64,000 bases of DNA, taken from the NCBI GenBank assembly GCA_035687205.1, contig DASRYK010000074.1, positions 728 through 64,727 on the forward strand, written 5' to 3'. The position numbers and the translations under genes were made by a program. The notes beneath the pieces are model-generated. The model saw only the letters and a program-made list of their open reading frames with translations. It ran no database searches and was not told where the DNA came from. This DNA comes from Methylocella sp. Lineage in GTDB: Bacteria; Pseudomonadota; Alphaproteobacteria; Rhizobiales; Beijerinckiaceae. Position 1 is the stretch's first letter; every line of letters starts with the position of its first letter. Below are positions 48,863 through 59,183 of this stretch, in pieces.

Positions 48863-49696
48863 TTGGGGCGTCATTACTTTCACCTGCATTTAATCTCCGA
48901 CGCGACGGGGGAGACCCTGATTGCCGTCAGCCGTGCGGCTGCCGCGCAATACGAAGGGGTTGCCTCGATCGAGCATGTCTATCCGCTTGTGCGCAGCAAC
49001 GGCCAAATCGATAAGGCTCTTGCAGAGATCGAGGCGGCGCCGGGGATTGTGCTCTTCACGCTGGTCGATCGGGAATTGGCCAGCCGTCTGGAGGCTGGCT
49101 GCAAAGAGCTAAGTGTGCCTTGTCTCTCGGTCTTACAGCCGATCCTTGACCTTTTTCAGTCCTATATCGGCTCGGTTTCAAGGCCCCGTCCTGGCGCGCA
49201 GCATGTGCTCAATGCCGATTATTTCAAGAGAATTGAAGCCCTGAACTTCACAATGTTGCATGACGATGGCCAGCAAGTCGAGAATTTCGAAGCAGCTGAC
49301 GTAGTTTTGCTCGGGGTGAGCCGCACATCGAAGACACCGACGAGTATTTATCTTGCAAACCGCGGGATCAAGACGGCGAATATTCCAATTGTGCCGGATG
49401 TGCCGCTGCCCTGGCCGGTTCTGTCCTTGAGGAACCCGCTGGTTGTGGGGCTCGTGGCCTCAGTCGAGAGGATTGTTCAAATCCGGGAAAACCGGCTACT
49501 AGCTCTTAATGCTGATCCCGATTCGCCCTATGTGAACCGAAGGCTTGTCGCGGGCGAAGTCGCTCGGGCACGTAAGATTTGTGCCGAGCACGGATGGCCT
49601 GTGATTGACGTGACGCACCGGTCCATCGAGGAAACAGCAGCAGCCGTCATTGATCTCTACAAAGTCCACCAGCTAAAATTCATAACCTCCTCATGA
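48863..49696 (+). CDS. ppsR: Pyruvate,water dikinase regulatory kinase/phosphotransferase (DUF299)
   Basis: HLISDATGETL, RIEALNF...HDDG, GVSRTSKTPTSIYLA, IDVTHRSIEETAA. Confidence 0.93.
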   Translation: MGRHYFHLHLISDATGETLIAVSRAAAAQYEGVASIEHVYPLVRSNGQIDKALAEIEAAPGIVLFTLVDRELASRLEAGCKELSVPCLSVLQPILDLFQSYIGSVSRPRPGAQHVLNADYFKRIEALNFTMLHDDGQQVENFEAADVVLLGVSRTSKTPTSIYLANRGIKTANIPIVPDVPLPWPVLSLRNPLVVGLVASVERIVQIRENRLLALNADPDSPYVNRRLVAGEVARARKICAEHGWPVIDVTHRSIEETAAAVIDLYKVHQLKFITSS

Positions 49697-50304
49697 GCGT
49701 TTTATGGCGCGGCAGGCTGCCGATCATCCTTGCTTCGCAAAGCCAAACGCGCGGCGCGATTCTCTCCGCGGCGGGCATTCCCTTTGAGACATGTCCGGCA
49801 GGGGTTGATGAGAGGGGAATTGAGGCAAAGGTGCTGGGGGGAGGCGGCTCGGCAAGCGATGTCGCGCTTGAGATCTCGCGGGCAAAGGCGCTTGGGATTG
49901 CAAAGTCAAAACCGGGGCGCCTCGTTGTGGGCGCGGATCAAGTGCTCAGCCTCGAGGGCCGCCTGTTTGGTAAGCCTGGCGGGATTGAAAGAGCAAAGGA
50001 ACAGCTAGCGCTCCTTTCGGGCCGGACGCATGAGCTTTATTCGGGCTATTGCGTGGCAAGGGATGATACCGTGCTTTCCAGTGGTGTGGCTATTGCGCGG
50101 CTAAGCTGCAGGCGATTCTCTGCGGAATTTATTGAGGCCTATTTCTCGGAGACGGGAGCCGTGGAGAGCGCCGGGGGATACTGCATCGAGGGGCTGGGGA
50201 TCCATCTTTTTGAAAAAATCGAAGGGGATCACACGACAATTTTAGGCCTCCCCCTCTTGCCACTCCTTAAGTTCCTGCGAGACGAAGGGAGCGTTTTGAC
50301 ATGA
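49693..50304 (+). CDS. maf: Maf-family nucleoside triphosphate pyrophosphatase
   Basis: ILASQS..R, VDER, SRAKA, GADQV, GKP, AGGY.IEG, ILGLPL. Confidence 0.92.
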   Translation: MSVLWRGRLPIILASQSQTRGAILSAAGIPFETCPAGVDERGIEAKVLGGGGSASDVALEISRAKALGIAKSKPGRLVVGADQVLSLEGRLFGKPGGIERAKEQLALLSGRTHELYSGYCVARDDTVLSSGVAIARLSCRRFSAEFIEAYFSETGAVESAGGYCIEGLGIHLFEKIEGDHTTILGLPLLPLLKFLRDEGSVLT

Positions 50305-51155
50305 CAGGCGGCTCTCCGCCGCCGCCGCGGGCATGTGTCATCGGCTGGCCCGCCGCTCATTCGCGCTCGCCGCTGATCCATAGGTTCTGGCTGGAGAAGC
50401 TCAAGATTGCCGGAACTTACGAGCTTGCGGCTATCCCCCCTGGTGAATTTGACCGTTTCATCGAGAATCTTGCTCAGGCAGGGTACAAAGGGGCAAATGT
50501 CACATTGCCGCATAAACGCAGAGCCTTTGAGCTTTGCGCCGGCACGACTGAGACTGCCCGCCGCCTTGGTGCCGTCAACACGCTTTGGCTCGAAGGGGGA
50601 AGGCTTCTCGGGGACAACACCGATGTGCCGGGATTTCTCGCTGCCTTGGACCAAGAGGCGCCAGGGTGGGATGCGGCGGGCGGCAAAGCAGTGATCCTGG
50701 GTGCCGGCGGTGCAGCGCGAGCTGTTCTGTTTGGTCTCATTTCGAGAGGGATAGAAGAAATCGTTCTCGTGAACCGAACCTTGGAACGGGCAGCAGCGCT
50801 TGCCAGAGACTTTGGGCCGCAAGCCCGGGCAGCGGATTTCTCCCGCCTCCCAGAAGCTCTTACTAGCGCCAGTCTCTTGGTCAACACGACACTGCTCGGT
50901 ATGCAGGGCCAGCCGCCGCTCGATATTGATCTATCGCCGCTGCCAAAGGGCGCAGTGGTCAATGACATCGTCTATGTCCCTGCGGAAACGGCATTGCTCA
51001 AAGCTGCAGCGGCGCGAGGACTGCGAACAGTTCGGGGAGTGGGAATGCTCTTGCATCAGGCCGTGCCCGGATTTGAGCGCTGGTTTGGGGTAAAGCCGAG
51101 CGTTACAGCAGAGCTCCGCCGTCTCGTGGAGGCAAATATTTCGTCAGGGCGGTGA
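50301..51155 (+). CDS. aroE: Shikimate dehydrogenase
   Basis: [47 protein letters not shown]. Confidence 0.96.
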   Translation: MTGGSPPPPRACVIGWPAAHSRSPLIHRFWLEKLKIAGTYELAAIPPGEFDRFIENLAQAGYKGANVTLPHKRRAFELCAGTTETARRLGAVNTLWLEGGRLLGDNTDVPGFLAALDQEAPGWDAAGGKAVILGAGGAARAVLFGLISRGIEEIVLVNRTLERAAALARDFGPQARAADFSRLPEALTSASLLVNTTLLGMQGQPPLDIDLSPLPKGAVVNDIVYVPAETALLKAAAARGLRTVRGVGMLLHQAVPGFERWFGVKPSVTAELRRLVEANISSGR

Positions 51156-51751
51156 TGTTCATTCTCGGGCTGACCGGCTCGATTGGCATGGGAAAATCCA
51201 CAACGGCCGCCATGTTTTGCGCCGAAGGGGTCCCTGTGTTTGATGCCGATGCTGCCGTCCATGCTCTTTACAGCGGCGAAGCGGTTCCCGCCATCGAGGC
51301 TGCCTTTCCGGGCACCACGCGGGATGGCGTGGTAGATCGGGCCCGCCTCGCGGCTGCCGTTCTCGAAGATCGAGCGGCTCTGGCGCGGCTCGAATCGATT
51401 GTTCATCCGCTTGTCGCCAAAGATCGCGCGCTTTTTCTGAGTGAAGCTGCAAAAAGCGGCGCTGGGATCGTGGTCCTCGACATTCCTTTGCTGTTTGAGA
51501 CAGGAGGTGAGCTTTTGGTCGATGCCGTGGTTCTCGTGACGGCTCCGGAACCGGTGCAAAGGGAGCGCGTAAGCAAGCGGCCGGGCATGACGCCAGTACG
51601 GCTTGCCGTCATCATGGCAAGGCAGATGCCCGACACCGAAAAGCGGAAGCGCGCCCATTTCCTCATCGACACGGGCCGCGGCTTTGTGGCAGCTGGGCGG
51701 CAGGTGCGGGGGATCTTGCGGGCTCTCGCTGGGGCGAGAAACAAGGTTTGA
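51152..51751 (+). CDS. coaE: Dephospho-CoA kinase
   Basis: [37 protein letters not shown]. Confidence 0.96.
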   Translation: MMFILGLTGSIGMGKSTTAAMFCAEGVPVFDADAAVHALYSGEAVPAIEAAFPGTTRDGVVDRARLAAAVLEDRAALARLESIVHPLVAKDRALFLSEAAKSGAGIVVLDIPLLFETGGELLVDAVVLVTAPEPVQRERVSKRPGMTPVRLAVIMARQMPDTEKRKRAHFLIDTGRGFVAAGRQVRGILRALAGARNKV

Positions 51752-51803
51752 ATGGCCCTGCCAAGCCGCCCTTCATCGAAATAAGGCAAGGGAGTTTCCA
51801 TTA

Positions 51804-51812
51804 TGTGGATCA
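51804..51812 (-). promoter_or_regulatory. DnaA box upstream of dnaQ
   Basis: TGTGGATCA (reverse complement TGATCCACA, the Caulobacter-type G-box), 92 bp before the dnaQ ATG. Confidence 0.5.
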
Positions 51813-51903
51813 CTGCTAAAAAATGACTTTGGCTTATGAGACACTGAGGATCGCGCGAGATCCGGAGGCACAGCCGGGTCTAATTCCACAGCAGTAGGGT
51901 GAG

Positions 51904-52635
51904 ATGCGGGAAATCGTTCTCGACACGGAAACAACCGGGCTTGATCCTGCTGAAGGGCACAGAATCGTCGAAATCGGCTGCGTCGAGCTATTGAATACAA
52001 TTCCAACCGGCGCGTTTTTTCATACCTATATCAACCCCGGCCGGGATATGCCTGAAGAGGCCTTCCGCGTGCATGGGCTCTCCGCGGAATTTCTTGCTGG
52101 CCATCCAAGCTTTGCCAGCATCGCCGCTGATTTCATGAAATTCACCGGCGAAGCTAGGATTGTGGCGCATAATGCGGAGTTCGATTTGCGCTTTCTCAAT
52201 GCGGAGCTTGCCCTTCTCGGAATGGAGCTTATCACAAAAGAACGCGTGGTGGACACTCTTGCTCTGGCCCGGCGGAGGTTCCCCGGGGGGCCGAACAATC
52301 TCGATGCGCTTTGCGCGCGTTTTGGCATCGACACTTCCCGCAGGACCAGGCATGGAGCTTTGCTTGATGCGGAAATTCTTGCCGAAGTCTATGCGGAGCT
52401 CCTTGGCGGGCGGCAGGCTGCGCTCATGCTTGACGAAGCTGGAACTTCTCAGACTGCGAGGGGCGGATCATTGCTTTTAAAACGTCCGCATCCCTTGCCT
52501 TCCCGGCTCAAAGGGGAGGATTTGGAAAGCCACCGCGCCTTTGTGTCCGGGCTCGGGACAGCGCCGCTTTGGAACATCTACTTCGGAAGCGGCGGCGCAA
52601 CGGCTCCCGGCGGAGGCAGCGGTAACGTTATCTAA
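51904..52635 (+). CDS. dnaQ: DNA polymerase III epsilon subunit
   Basis: LDTETTG, HNAEFD, NNLDALC, HGALLDA..LAEVY.EL.GGRQ. Confidence 0.96.
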   Translation: MREIVLDTETTGLDPAEGHRIVEIGCVELLNTIPTGAFFHTYINPGRDMPEEAFRVHGLSAEFLAGHPSFASIAADFMKFTGEARIVAHNAEFDLRFLNAELALLGMELITKERVVDTLALARRRFPGGPNNLDALCARFGIDTSRRTRHGALLDAEILAEVYAELLGGRQAALMLDEAGTSQTARGGSLLLKRPHPLPSRLKGEDLESHRAFVSGLGTAPLWNIYFGSGGATAPGGGSGNVI

Positions 52636-52792
52636 GCTTTTGGCTTTTCAGCAGCGCCAAGCGCGTATTGCCGCTTGCCAGCAGCACCCATGCGCTCCAC
52701 CTGAAGCTCAATGACTGCCTCGCTCAAATTTGTGCTGCTGGCTTTTTGCAGCAAGAGCGAGGCGCGCGGCGCCGCGACCGTCGGGTTTGAGA

Positions 52793-53596
52793 ATGATTCC
52801 GAATGTTCTTTCGATTGCGGGCTTCGACCCGAGCGGTTGTGCCGGCATCGCAGCGGATCTCAAGACCTTTGCCGCGCTTGGTTGCCATGGCATGGCTGTT
52901 GTCACGGCCTTGACAGCACAGAACACGCATGAAGTCCGCTCGGTGCATGTGCCGCTTGCGAGCTTTGCCGCGGAACAGATTGACGCCGTGCTCGACGACG
53001 TCCATGTCGCCGCGGTAAAGATCGGAATGCTGGCCTCGGCAGCGGTTGTCGAGGCCGTGGCCGAAAGGCTTGCTTTTCACAAACCCAGCATCATTGTTCT
53101 CGATCCGGTCCTTTCAGCGACGAGCGGGGAGAGCTTAAGCGCAGAAGGGACTGCCGAGGCAATTCTGAGAAATCTGCTGCCGCTCGTGACGCTGGTCACG
53201 CCGAACGCCGCCGAGGCGGCGCGGCTTTCGGGTCAGGAGATCGCCCCAGACGGCAGCGGGATGCACCGGGCAGCCGGCGTCCTTCAGGCGAGCGGCGCCC
53301 CGGCCGTTCTCATCAAGGGAGGTCATCTCCAGGGGAAAACGTCAGATGATTTTCTCTTTGATCCGGGCGGATGCAAAGTTTTTTCTGCGCCCCGTATTGC
53401 AACCCGCAATACACGTGGCACAGGCTGCACTTTATCATCAGCAATAGCCGCTTATTTGGCAAAGGGCGAGCCGCTTTGTGATGCTATTGGCGCTGCGAAA
53501 TCTTATCTCACTGGCGCGCTCGAAGCCGCCCATGCATTGAGCGCGGGGCATGGCCCAGGCCCAGTAAATCATTTCTATGATCTTTGGAGCCTCTGA
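52793..53596 (+). CDS. thiD: Hydroxymethylpyrimidine/phosphomethylpyrimidine kinase
   Basis: LSIAGFDPSGCAGIAADLK, TAQNT, KIGML, TPNAAEA, KGGH, GTGCTLSSAIA. Confidence 0.93.
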   Translation: MIPNVLSIAGFDPSGCAGIAADLKTFAALGCHGMAVVTALTAQNTHEVRSVHVPLASFAAEQIDAVLDDVHVAAVKIGMLASAAVVEAVAERLAFHKPSIIVLDPVLSATSGESLSAEGTAEAILRNLLPLVTLVTPNAAEAARLSGQEIAPDGSGMHRAAGVLQASGAPAVLIKGGHLQGKTSDDFLFDPGGCKVFSAPRIATRNTRGTGCTLSSAIAAYLAKGEPLCDAIGAAKSYLTGALEAAHALSAGHGPGPVNHFYDLWSL

Positions 53597-53797
53597 CGGG
53601 CCGAGGACCTCTCTCTGCAAATTAGCGGAGCGGTTTTCAAGAGCCAGCCGTTGATATATGGATGCTGCAACTGCGAAGGCGCCACCCCATATCAGGGGAT
53701 GACTGGCGATTTCTCAACGAAATGCCGTGTCTCTGCGGTACGGCTGACGGGCCGTCCCGCGCGGCAATTTTGGCAGGAATTTTATGGGCGAGAGGGG

Positions 53798-55618
53798 ATG
53801 AAGCTTCGCAATATCGCAATCATTGCGCATGTCGATCATGGGAAAACGACGCTTGTCGACCGTCTGCTGCAGCAATCCGGAGCTTTCCGCGAGAACCAGC
53901 GTGTTGGCGAAAGGGTCATGGATTCGAATGACTTAGAGAAAGAGCGCGGCATCACGATCATGGCCAAGGTGACGTCTGTCGCCTGGAAAGGCACAAGGAT
54001 CAATATCGTTGATACGCCTGGGCATGCCGATTTCGGCGGTGAAGTGGAGCGGATTCTCACGATGGTGGATGGCGCGATCGTCCTTGTCGATGCATCCGAG
54101 GGACCGATGCCGCAGACGAAATTCGTTGTCGGCAAAGCGCTCAAGATTGGGTTGAGGCCAGTTGTTGCGCTGAACAAGATCGACAAGCCGGATGCGCGGC
54201 CAAATGAGGTCGTCAATGAAGTGTTCGATCTTTTTGCCGCGCTTGACGCAACCGACGAGCAGCTCGATTTTCCTATTCTTTACGGCTCGGCGAAACAGGG
54301 ATGGATGGCTGCAAGCCCCGATGGCCCGCAAGAAGGCATGGCCCCGCTCTTTGATCTCGTCGTGAGACATGTCCCCCCGCCGCAGACGGGAGAAGGCGGC
54401 TTCCGCATGCTTGGCACATTGCTCGAAGCCAACCCCTATCTTGGCCGGCTGATTACCGGACGGGTCTTTTCTGGTTCGGTCGAGCTCAACCAGAATGTGA
54501 AAGTCCTTGACCGCGCGGGAAATACCGTTGAGCAGGGCAGGGTCTCGAAAATCCTTGCCTTCCGCGGAATCGAGCGCCTGCCTGCCGAAAGAGCAGAGGC
54601 GGGCGACATTGTGGCCATTGCTGGGCTGGAGAAATTCAACGTGGCCGACACCCTCTGCGCCTTGGAGGTGACAGAGCCTTTACAGGCGCAGCCCATCGAC
54701 CCTCCGACCTTGTCGATGACCTTTATGGTCAATGATTCCCCTCTTGCCGGGACCGAGGGTGACAAGGTCACGAGCCGGGTGATCCGGGACCGTCTCTACA
54801 AGGAAGCCGAAGGCAATGTTGCGCTGCGGGTAGAGGACTCGCCTGGCTCCGATTCTTACATCGTCTCAGGTCGCGGCGAACTGCAGCTTGCCATTTTGAT
54901 CGAAACGATGCGCCGTGAGGGGTTTGAACTTGGCGTCTCGCGGCCGAAGGTCGTGCTCCAAAAGGACTCCGCCACGGGCCAGCTGCTTGAGCCCGTCGAG
55001 GAGGTCGTGATCGACGTCGATGAGGAGCATTCGGGCATTGTCGTGCAGAAATTGACCGGGCGAAAAGCTGACATGATCGAAATGCGCCCGTCGGGCGGCG
55101 GCCGCCTGCGCCTTGTTTTTCATGCTCCGACCCGCGGCCTCATCGGCTATCAGGGCGAGCTCATGACTGATACGCGCGGCACTGCAGTCATGAACCGCCT
55201 GTTTCATTCCTATGTGCCATGGAAAGGCGAGATTGCAGGACGCCGCAATGGCGTGCTGATCGCGAGCGAGGATGGCGAGTCCGTCGCTTATGCTTTGTGG
55301 AAGCTCGAAGACCGCGGCCCGATGATGATCGAGCCTGGCTGCAAGGTCTATCGCGGCATGATCGTCGGTGAGCACACGCGCGGCAACGACCTTGAGATTA
55401 ATGTTTTAAGAGGCAAGCAGCTCACTAATATCCGCGCTGCGGGCAAGGACGAGGCGGTCAGGTTGACTCCCCCGCTGAAAATGACGCTCGAAAGGGCACT
55501 CGCCTATATTGCGGATGACGAGCTCGTCGAGATTACGCCAAAATCGATCAGACTTCGTAAGGCGCTCCTTGACCCAAATGAGCGCAAGCGGGCGCAGCGC
55601 GCTAAGGAAAGCGCCTGA
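53798..55618 (+). CDS. typA: Translational GTPase TypA/BipA
   Basis: RNIAIIAHVDHGKTT, EKERGITI, DTPGHADF, NKID, GRGELQL, RLRK. Confidence 0.97.
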   Translation: MKLRNIAIIAHVDHGKTTLVDRLLQQSGAFRENQRVGERVMDSNDLEKERGITIMAKVTSVAWKGTRINIVDTPGHADFGGEVERILTMVDGAIVLVDASEGPMPQTKFVVGKALKIGLRPVVALNKIDKPDARPNEVVNEVFDLFAALDATDEQLDFPILYGSAKQGWMAASPDGPQEGMAPLFDLVVRHVPPPQTGEGGFRMLGTLLEANPYLGRLITGRVFSGSVELNQNVKVLDRAGNTVEQGRVSKILAFRGIERLPAERAEAGDIVAIAGLEKFNVADTLCALEVTEPLQAQPIDPPTLSMTFMVNDSPLAGTEGDKVTSRVIRDRLYKEAEGNVALRVEDSPGSDSYIVSGRGELQLAILIETMRREGFELGVSRPKVVLQKDSATGQLLEPVEEVVIDVDEEHSGIVVQKLTGRKADMIEMRPSGGGRLRLVFHAPTRGLIGYQGELMTDTRGTAVMNRLFHSYVPWKGEIAGRRNGVLIASEDGESVAYALWKLEDRGPMMIEPGCKVYRGMIVGEHTRGNDLEINVLRGKQLTNIRAAGKDEAVRLTPPLKMTLERALAYIADDELVEITPKSIRLRKALLDPNERKRAQRAKESA

Positions 55619-55892
55619 GCATCCGGCCAGCTTTCAGCAGCGCTTCCTGCAAAGCTTTCCGGCATTTGAGGGCTGGGCCGCGGGACAAATGACCCGCCGT
55701 CCTGCGAATGCGAGGGAGCGTTCGCGGGGATCCTTCCTAGCGGCAAAACTTGAATAAGTTCTCAACGCTTGCCCATCTAAACTATAGAAATCAAGTATAA
55801 TTTGGATATGTTTCTTTCTTAAAAGTAATATAAAAAAGTTAAATATTGATATTATTGAGCCGCGTTACAGCAAGAAAAACCCTTCAACCCCT

Positions 55893-57098
55893 TCACAAAA
55901 GGCCAAGCGGGGTTCGCTCCGCCTTTAAGGCCTGCAAGATTTGTGGGGCCATCGCGGCAAGGTCGAAGTTGCCGAGAAACCCCTGCCGCGCGCGCGCGCC
56001 CATGGCCATCTTGTCCGCAGCCGGCAGGGAGAGGAATTCGTTTAGAAGCCGCTTGACTCCCTCAAGATGATCTTGAGCGATCAAGCCTGCGCCGCTGGCC
56101 TCGACCTCCCGCCAGATATTTACTTTGTCCGTCGTAAGCACCGGCGTTCCGCAGGCCATGGCTTCGGCGACCACAGTGCCGAAATTCTCTTGGTGCGACG
56201 GCAGGACAAAAGCCTCGGCCGCGCGGAATGCCCCCCATTTCGAGCTGCCCTTCAGCATGCCAGGCCAATGGATACGGTTCGAGACGCCAAGCTTCGCCGC
56301 CATTTGGCGCAGATCAGTAGCCCAGCCCACGGAATCGGGCCCAGCCATGACAAGATCGAGGCCCGGGTGACGTCCTGCTGCTTCCGCGAAAGCCCGTATC
56401 AGCAGATCGCAGCCCTTTTTTGGATGAATGCGGCTCAAGAACAAGAGAAAGGGGCGGCCGCCGAGCTCCGGCACCGCGGCCCGGAACGATTCGATCTGTG
56501 CGGCGGCATCGCCAGGCGCATCCGCGATCCCATAAGGAATGATGCGCCCTCTGCCGCGGAATGGCCAAAAGGAGCGCTGCGCTAATCTGCACTCCTCCTC
56601 GCTGGTGAAAAAAACATTTTCGGCATGGGCAGCAAGCCGTCCATCGGCAAGCCACCAAAAGATCTGTTTCGCGGCCGCCTTCACGGGATGCGTGCGGATA
56701 AAGTAAGGATCGAGCATGCCATGGGCGAAAACAAAAAAGGGCGTTTGGCTATTGCGGAGGGCTCGCCATGAGCCAAGCGCCGTATATTCCCAGAATCCAT
56801 CAATGATGATGGCGTCGTAGCGGCTTGCATTCTCCTTAAGCCATGGCACGAAATGGGGGGTGTAGCCGTAGCGCGCCCAAGGAATTTTCTTCTGCCATTT
56901 ATGATGGCGGGGATTGCGCAGGCCCATGGGATAGAGCTTCAAGGGGAAACTCTCAATCCATGGCTCAAGGGGCGAATCTAGCGAGAGAACCTCGATGGAG
57001 CAGCCATGCTCTTTGAGAACGGCGCCCCAAATTAAGATACTTTCGACCGGTCCGCCCGCCTCCGGATGGGCCGATCCAATCACGCGCAGCAATTTCAT
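55893..57098 (-). CDS. GT4-family glycosyltransferase (paralog B)
   Basis: GGP, HGMLDPY, FLSRIHPKKGCD, PSHQENFGTVVAEAMACG. Confidence 0.92.
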   Translation of the reverse strand: MKLLRVIGSAHPEAGGPVESILIWGAVLKEHGCSIEVLSLDSPLEPWIESFPLKLYPMGLRNPRHHKWQKKIPWARYGYTPHFVPWLKENASRYDAIIIDGFWEYTALGSWRALRNSQTPFFVFAHGMLDPYFIRTHPVKAAAKQIFWWLADGRLAAHAENVFFTSEEECRLAQRSFWPFRGRGRIIPYGIADAPGDAAAQIESFRAAVPELGGRPFLLFLSRIHPKKGCDLLIRAFAEAAGRHPGLDLVMAGPDSVGWATDLRQMAAKLGVSNRIHWPGMLKGSSKWGAFRAAEAFVLPSHQENFGTVVAEAMACGTPVLTTDKVNIWREVEASGAGLIAQDHLEGVKRLLNEFLSLPAADKMAMGARARQGFLGNFDLAAMAPQILQALKAERTPLGLL

Positions 57099-57186
57099 GA
57101 GAATCTGAGGCCCGGCAAAGCGCCAGCCCTTGGGCCGTTGCGCCCTGACCTCACCGTTATGAAGCAAATGCTCTTCGCGCTGCGGC

Positions 57187-57792
57187 TCACAGCGCCTCCT
57201 CCGGGGTTCCTGCCCCGGGGCTGATGAGGCTTGCCTGAACCGTTCTCTTCCGCAATAGGCGAGCCGGATTCCCAGCGTACACGGTCCATGGCTCGAGATC
57301 GCGGAAGGCGCATCCCCTTGCACCTAGGACGGCTCCCTCGCCGACCGTCACGCCCGGGCCGACAAAGGCTTCCGCCGCCACCCACGCCCTTGGCCCAATC
57401 GTTATGGGCTTGGCGACCGTTGGGAAATAAGGGTCTTCGATGTCATGCCCGGCCGTGCAAAGATGCGCGCCTTGCGAAACGGTCGCGTATTCGCGCAAGG
57501 TGACCTTTGCGACCGAATAGACGGTGACATTGGCGGCGATGCAGGCAAGCTTGCCGATTTCGAGATTCGGCGGATACCAGATCCGGGCGCTGCCATAGAC
57601 AGAAGCGGTAGGCGCCACCTTTGCGCCGAAGAGTCTTAGTAGAAAGCGCCTCCAGCCATGCAGGGGCGGCGGCGTCCAGGACGCGAGCAGAAGCCAAGTG
57701 AGATTCCAAACCGCCCGGAAGACGCGGTGTCTGAGGGGATAAGTGGGCCCGCCCTCGACCGGATTCTTGGCTGTTGCGCCATAGATTTTCAT
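57187..57792 (-). CDS. wcaF: WcaF-like polysaccharide O-acetyltransferase (hexapeptide repeat)
   Basis: LLRLFGAKV, IWYPPNL, VSQGAHLCTAGHD, PITIG..AWVAAEAFVGPGVTVG. Confidence 0.88.
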   Translation of the reverse strand: MKIYGATAKNPVEGGPTYPLRHRVFRAVWNLTWLLLASWTPPPLHGWRRFLLRLFGAKVAPTASVYGSARIWYPPNLEIGKLACIAANVTVYSVAKVTLREYATVSQGAHLCTAGHDIEDPYFPTVAKPITIGPRAWVAAEAFVGPGVTVGEGAVLGARGCAFRDLEPWTVYAGNPARLLRKRTVQASLISPGAGTPEEAL

Positions 57793-58982
57793 GCTGCAGC
57801 ACTCCCGCCGATGGCGCTCAGGAGCTGCGGGCCGAGGGCGGCGAGATCGAATTTTTCGGCAAAACCTTGCCGGGCCCGCCGCGCCATCGCCTGCTGCTCG
57901 GCAGGCGGAAGAGCAAGGAACTGCTCCAAGAGCCCTGTGATGCCCTCGACGCTGTCGTCAGCGACGAGGCCTGCGCCGCACGCTTGCACCTCGCGCCACG
58001 TATTGACCTTGTCCGTTGTCAAGACGGGCGTGCCGCAGGCCATGGCCTCCGCGACCACGATGCCGAAATTCTCTTGATGGGATGGCAAGACGAAAGCCTC
58101 GGCGGCACGGAAGGCCCCCCATTTCAAATCACCTTTCAGCATGCCTGGCCAGTGCACGCGGCCCGCTATTCCAAGGTCTCCGGCCAATTTGCGCAGGGTC
58201 TTCTCCCATCCCTTCTGGTCAGGGCCTGCCATGACGAGATCGATCTCTGGATATTCAGCGGCGATGCTGGCGAATGCATTGAGAAGCAAGTCGCATCCTT
58301 TTTTCGGATGTATGCGGCTCAAGAACAGGAAAAACCTCCGCCCGCCAAGCTGCGGGAGCGCCGAACGGAAGGCCGCGATCTGCGCTTCCGCATCCTGGGG
58401 GATATCCCGTATCCCATAAGCAACGACACGGCCCTTGCCCCGGAAAGGCCAGAAGGATTTGGACGCAAGCCTTTGCTCCTCTTCGGTGGTGAAGAGCACA
58501 TTGCGAGCATTGGCGATGAGCCTTCCTTCGCTGAACCACCAGAGAATTTGCTTGGCCAAACTCTTGAGCGGATGGACACGGTTGAAATAAGGATCGAGCA
58601 TGCCATGGGCGAAAACGAAAAAGGGCGTTTGGCTTTTGCGGAGGGCGCGCCAGGAGCCGAGCGCAACATAATTCCAAAGGCCGTGCACGATGACCGCATC
58701 GTAGCGGCTGGCGTTTTTCTTGAGCCATGGCACGAAATGGGGCGTGTAGCCGTAACGCAGCCAGGGAATCTTCTGCCGCAAGCCGAGGTACCGCGGATTG
58801 CGGATTCCCAAAGGATAAACCGGCAAAGGCGAAGTCTGAACCCAGGGGTCGAGTGGCGAATCGAGAGACACAATCTCCTGATGACATCCCTGCTCCTTTA
58901 AAATCGGAGCAGACATGGCAATCCCTTCGATCGGCCCGCCCGATTCCGGGTTAACCGTTGCGATCACGCGGAGGATATTCAT
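57789..58982 (-). CDS. GT4-family glycosyltransferase (paralog A)
   Basis: GGPIEG, HGMLDPYF, FLSRIHPKKGCD, PSHQENFGIVVAEAMACG. ATGA overlap with wcaF. Confidence 0.92.
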   Translation of the reverse strand: MNILRVIATVNPESGGPIEGIAMSAPILKEQGCHQEIVSLDSPLDPWVQTSPLPVYPLGIRNPRYLGLRQKIPWLRYGYTPHFVPWLKKNASRYDAVIVHGLWNYVALGSWRALRKSQTPFFVFAHGMLDPYFNRVHPLKSLAKQILWWFSEGRLIANARNVLFTTEEEQRLASKSFWPFRGKGRVVAYGIRDIPQDAEAQIAAFRSALPQLGGRRFFLFLSRIHPKKGCDLLLNAFASIAAEYPEIDLVMAGPDQKGWEKTLRKLAGDLGIAGRVHWPGMLKGDLKWGAFRAAEAFVLPSHQENFGIVVAEAMACGTPVLTTDKVNTWREVQACGAGLVADDSVEGITGLLEQFLALPPAEQQAMARRARQGFAEKFDLAALGPQLLSAIGGSAAA

Positions 58983-58983
58983 C

Positions 58984-59031
58984 GTAATAGACGGCTTATC
59001 ATGCGCGGTAATAGACGGCTTGTCATGCGCG
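58984..59031. repeat. 24-bp tandem duplication
   Basis: GTAATAGACGGCTTATCATGCGCG / GTAATAGACGGCTTGTCATGCGCG, one mismatch. Confidence 0.95.
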
Positions 59032-59183
59032 CGGCAGCTCCGTCAAGCTCATGCCCTATGTCCCTTTCTGCACCGGCTTGCGATTACCGCAAGATAAGCC
59101 ATAACGCCGGTCGATGGCAGAGCCAAGACGCCTTTTCTGCCTGAGAGCAGGGGCCCGCCCATCAATCGAACCCGGAATTTTGA

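Noticed and set aside
52636-52792. TPP riboswitch upstream of thiD
   Set aside because: Only an ACCTGA-like hexamer is present. The CTGAGA element and P-stem architecture are absent.
58984-59031. CRISPR-like repeat
   Set aside because: Two abutting copies with no spacer and no cas genes. No CRISPR array was seen anywhere in the window.
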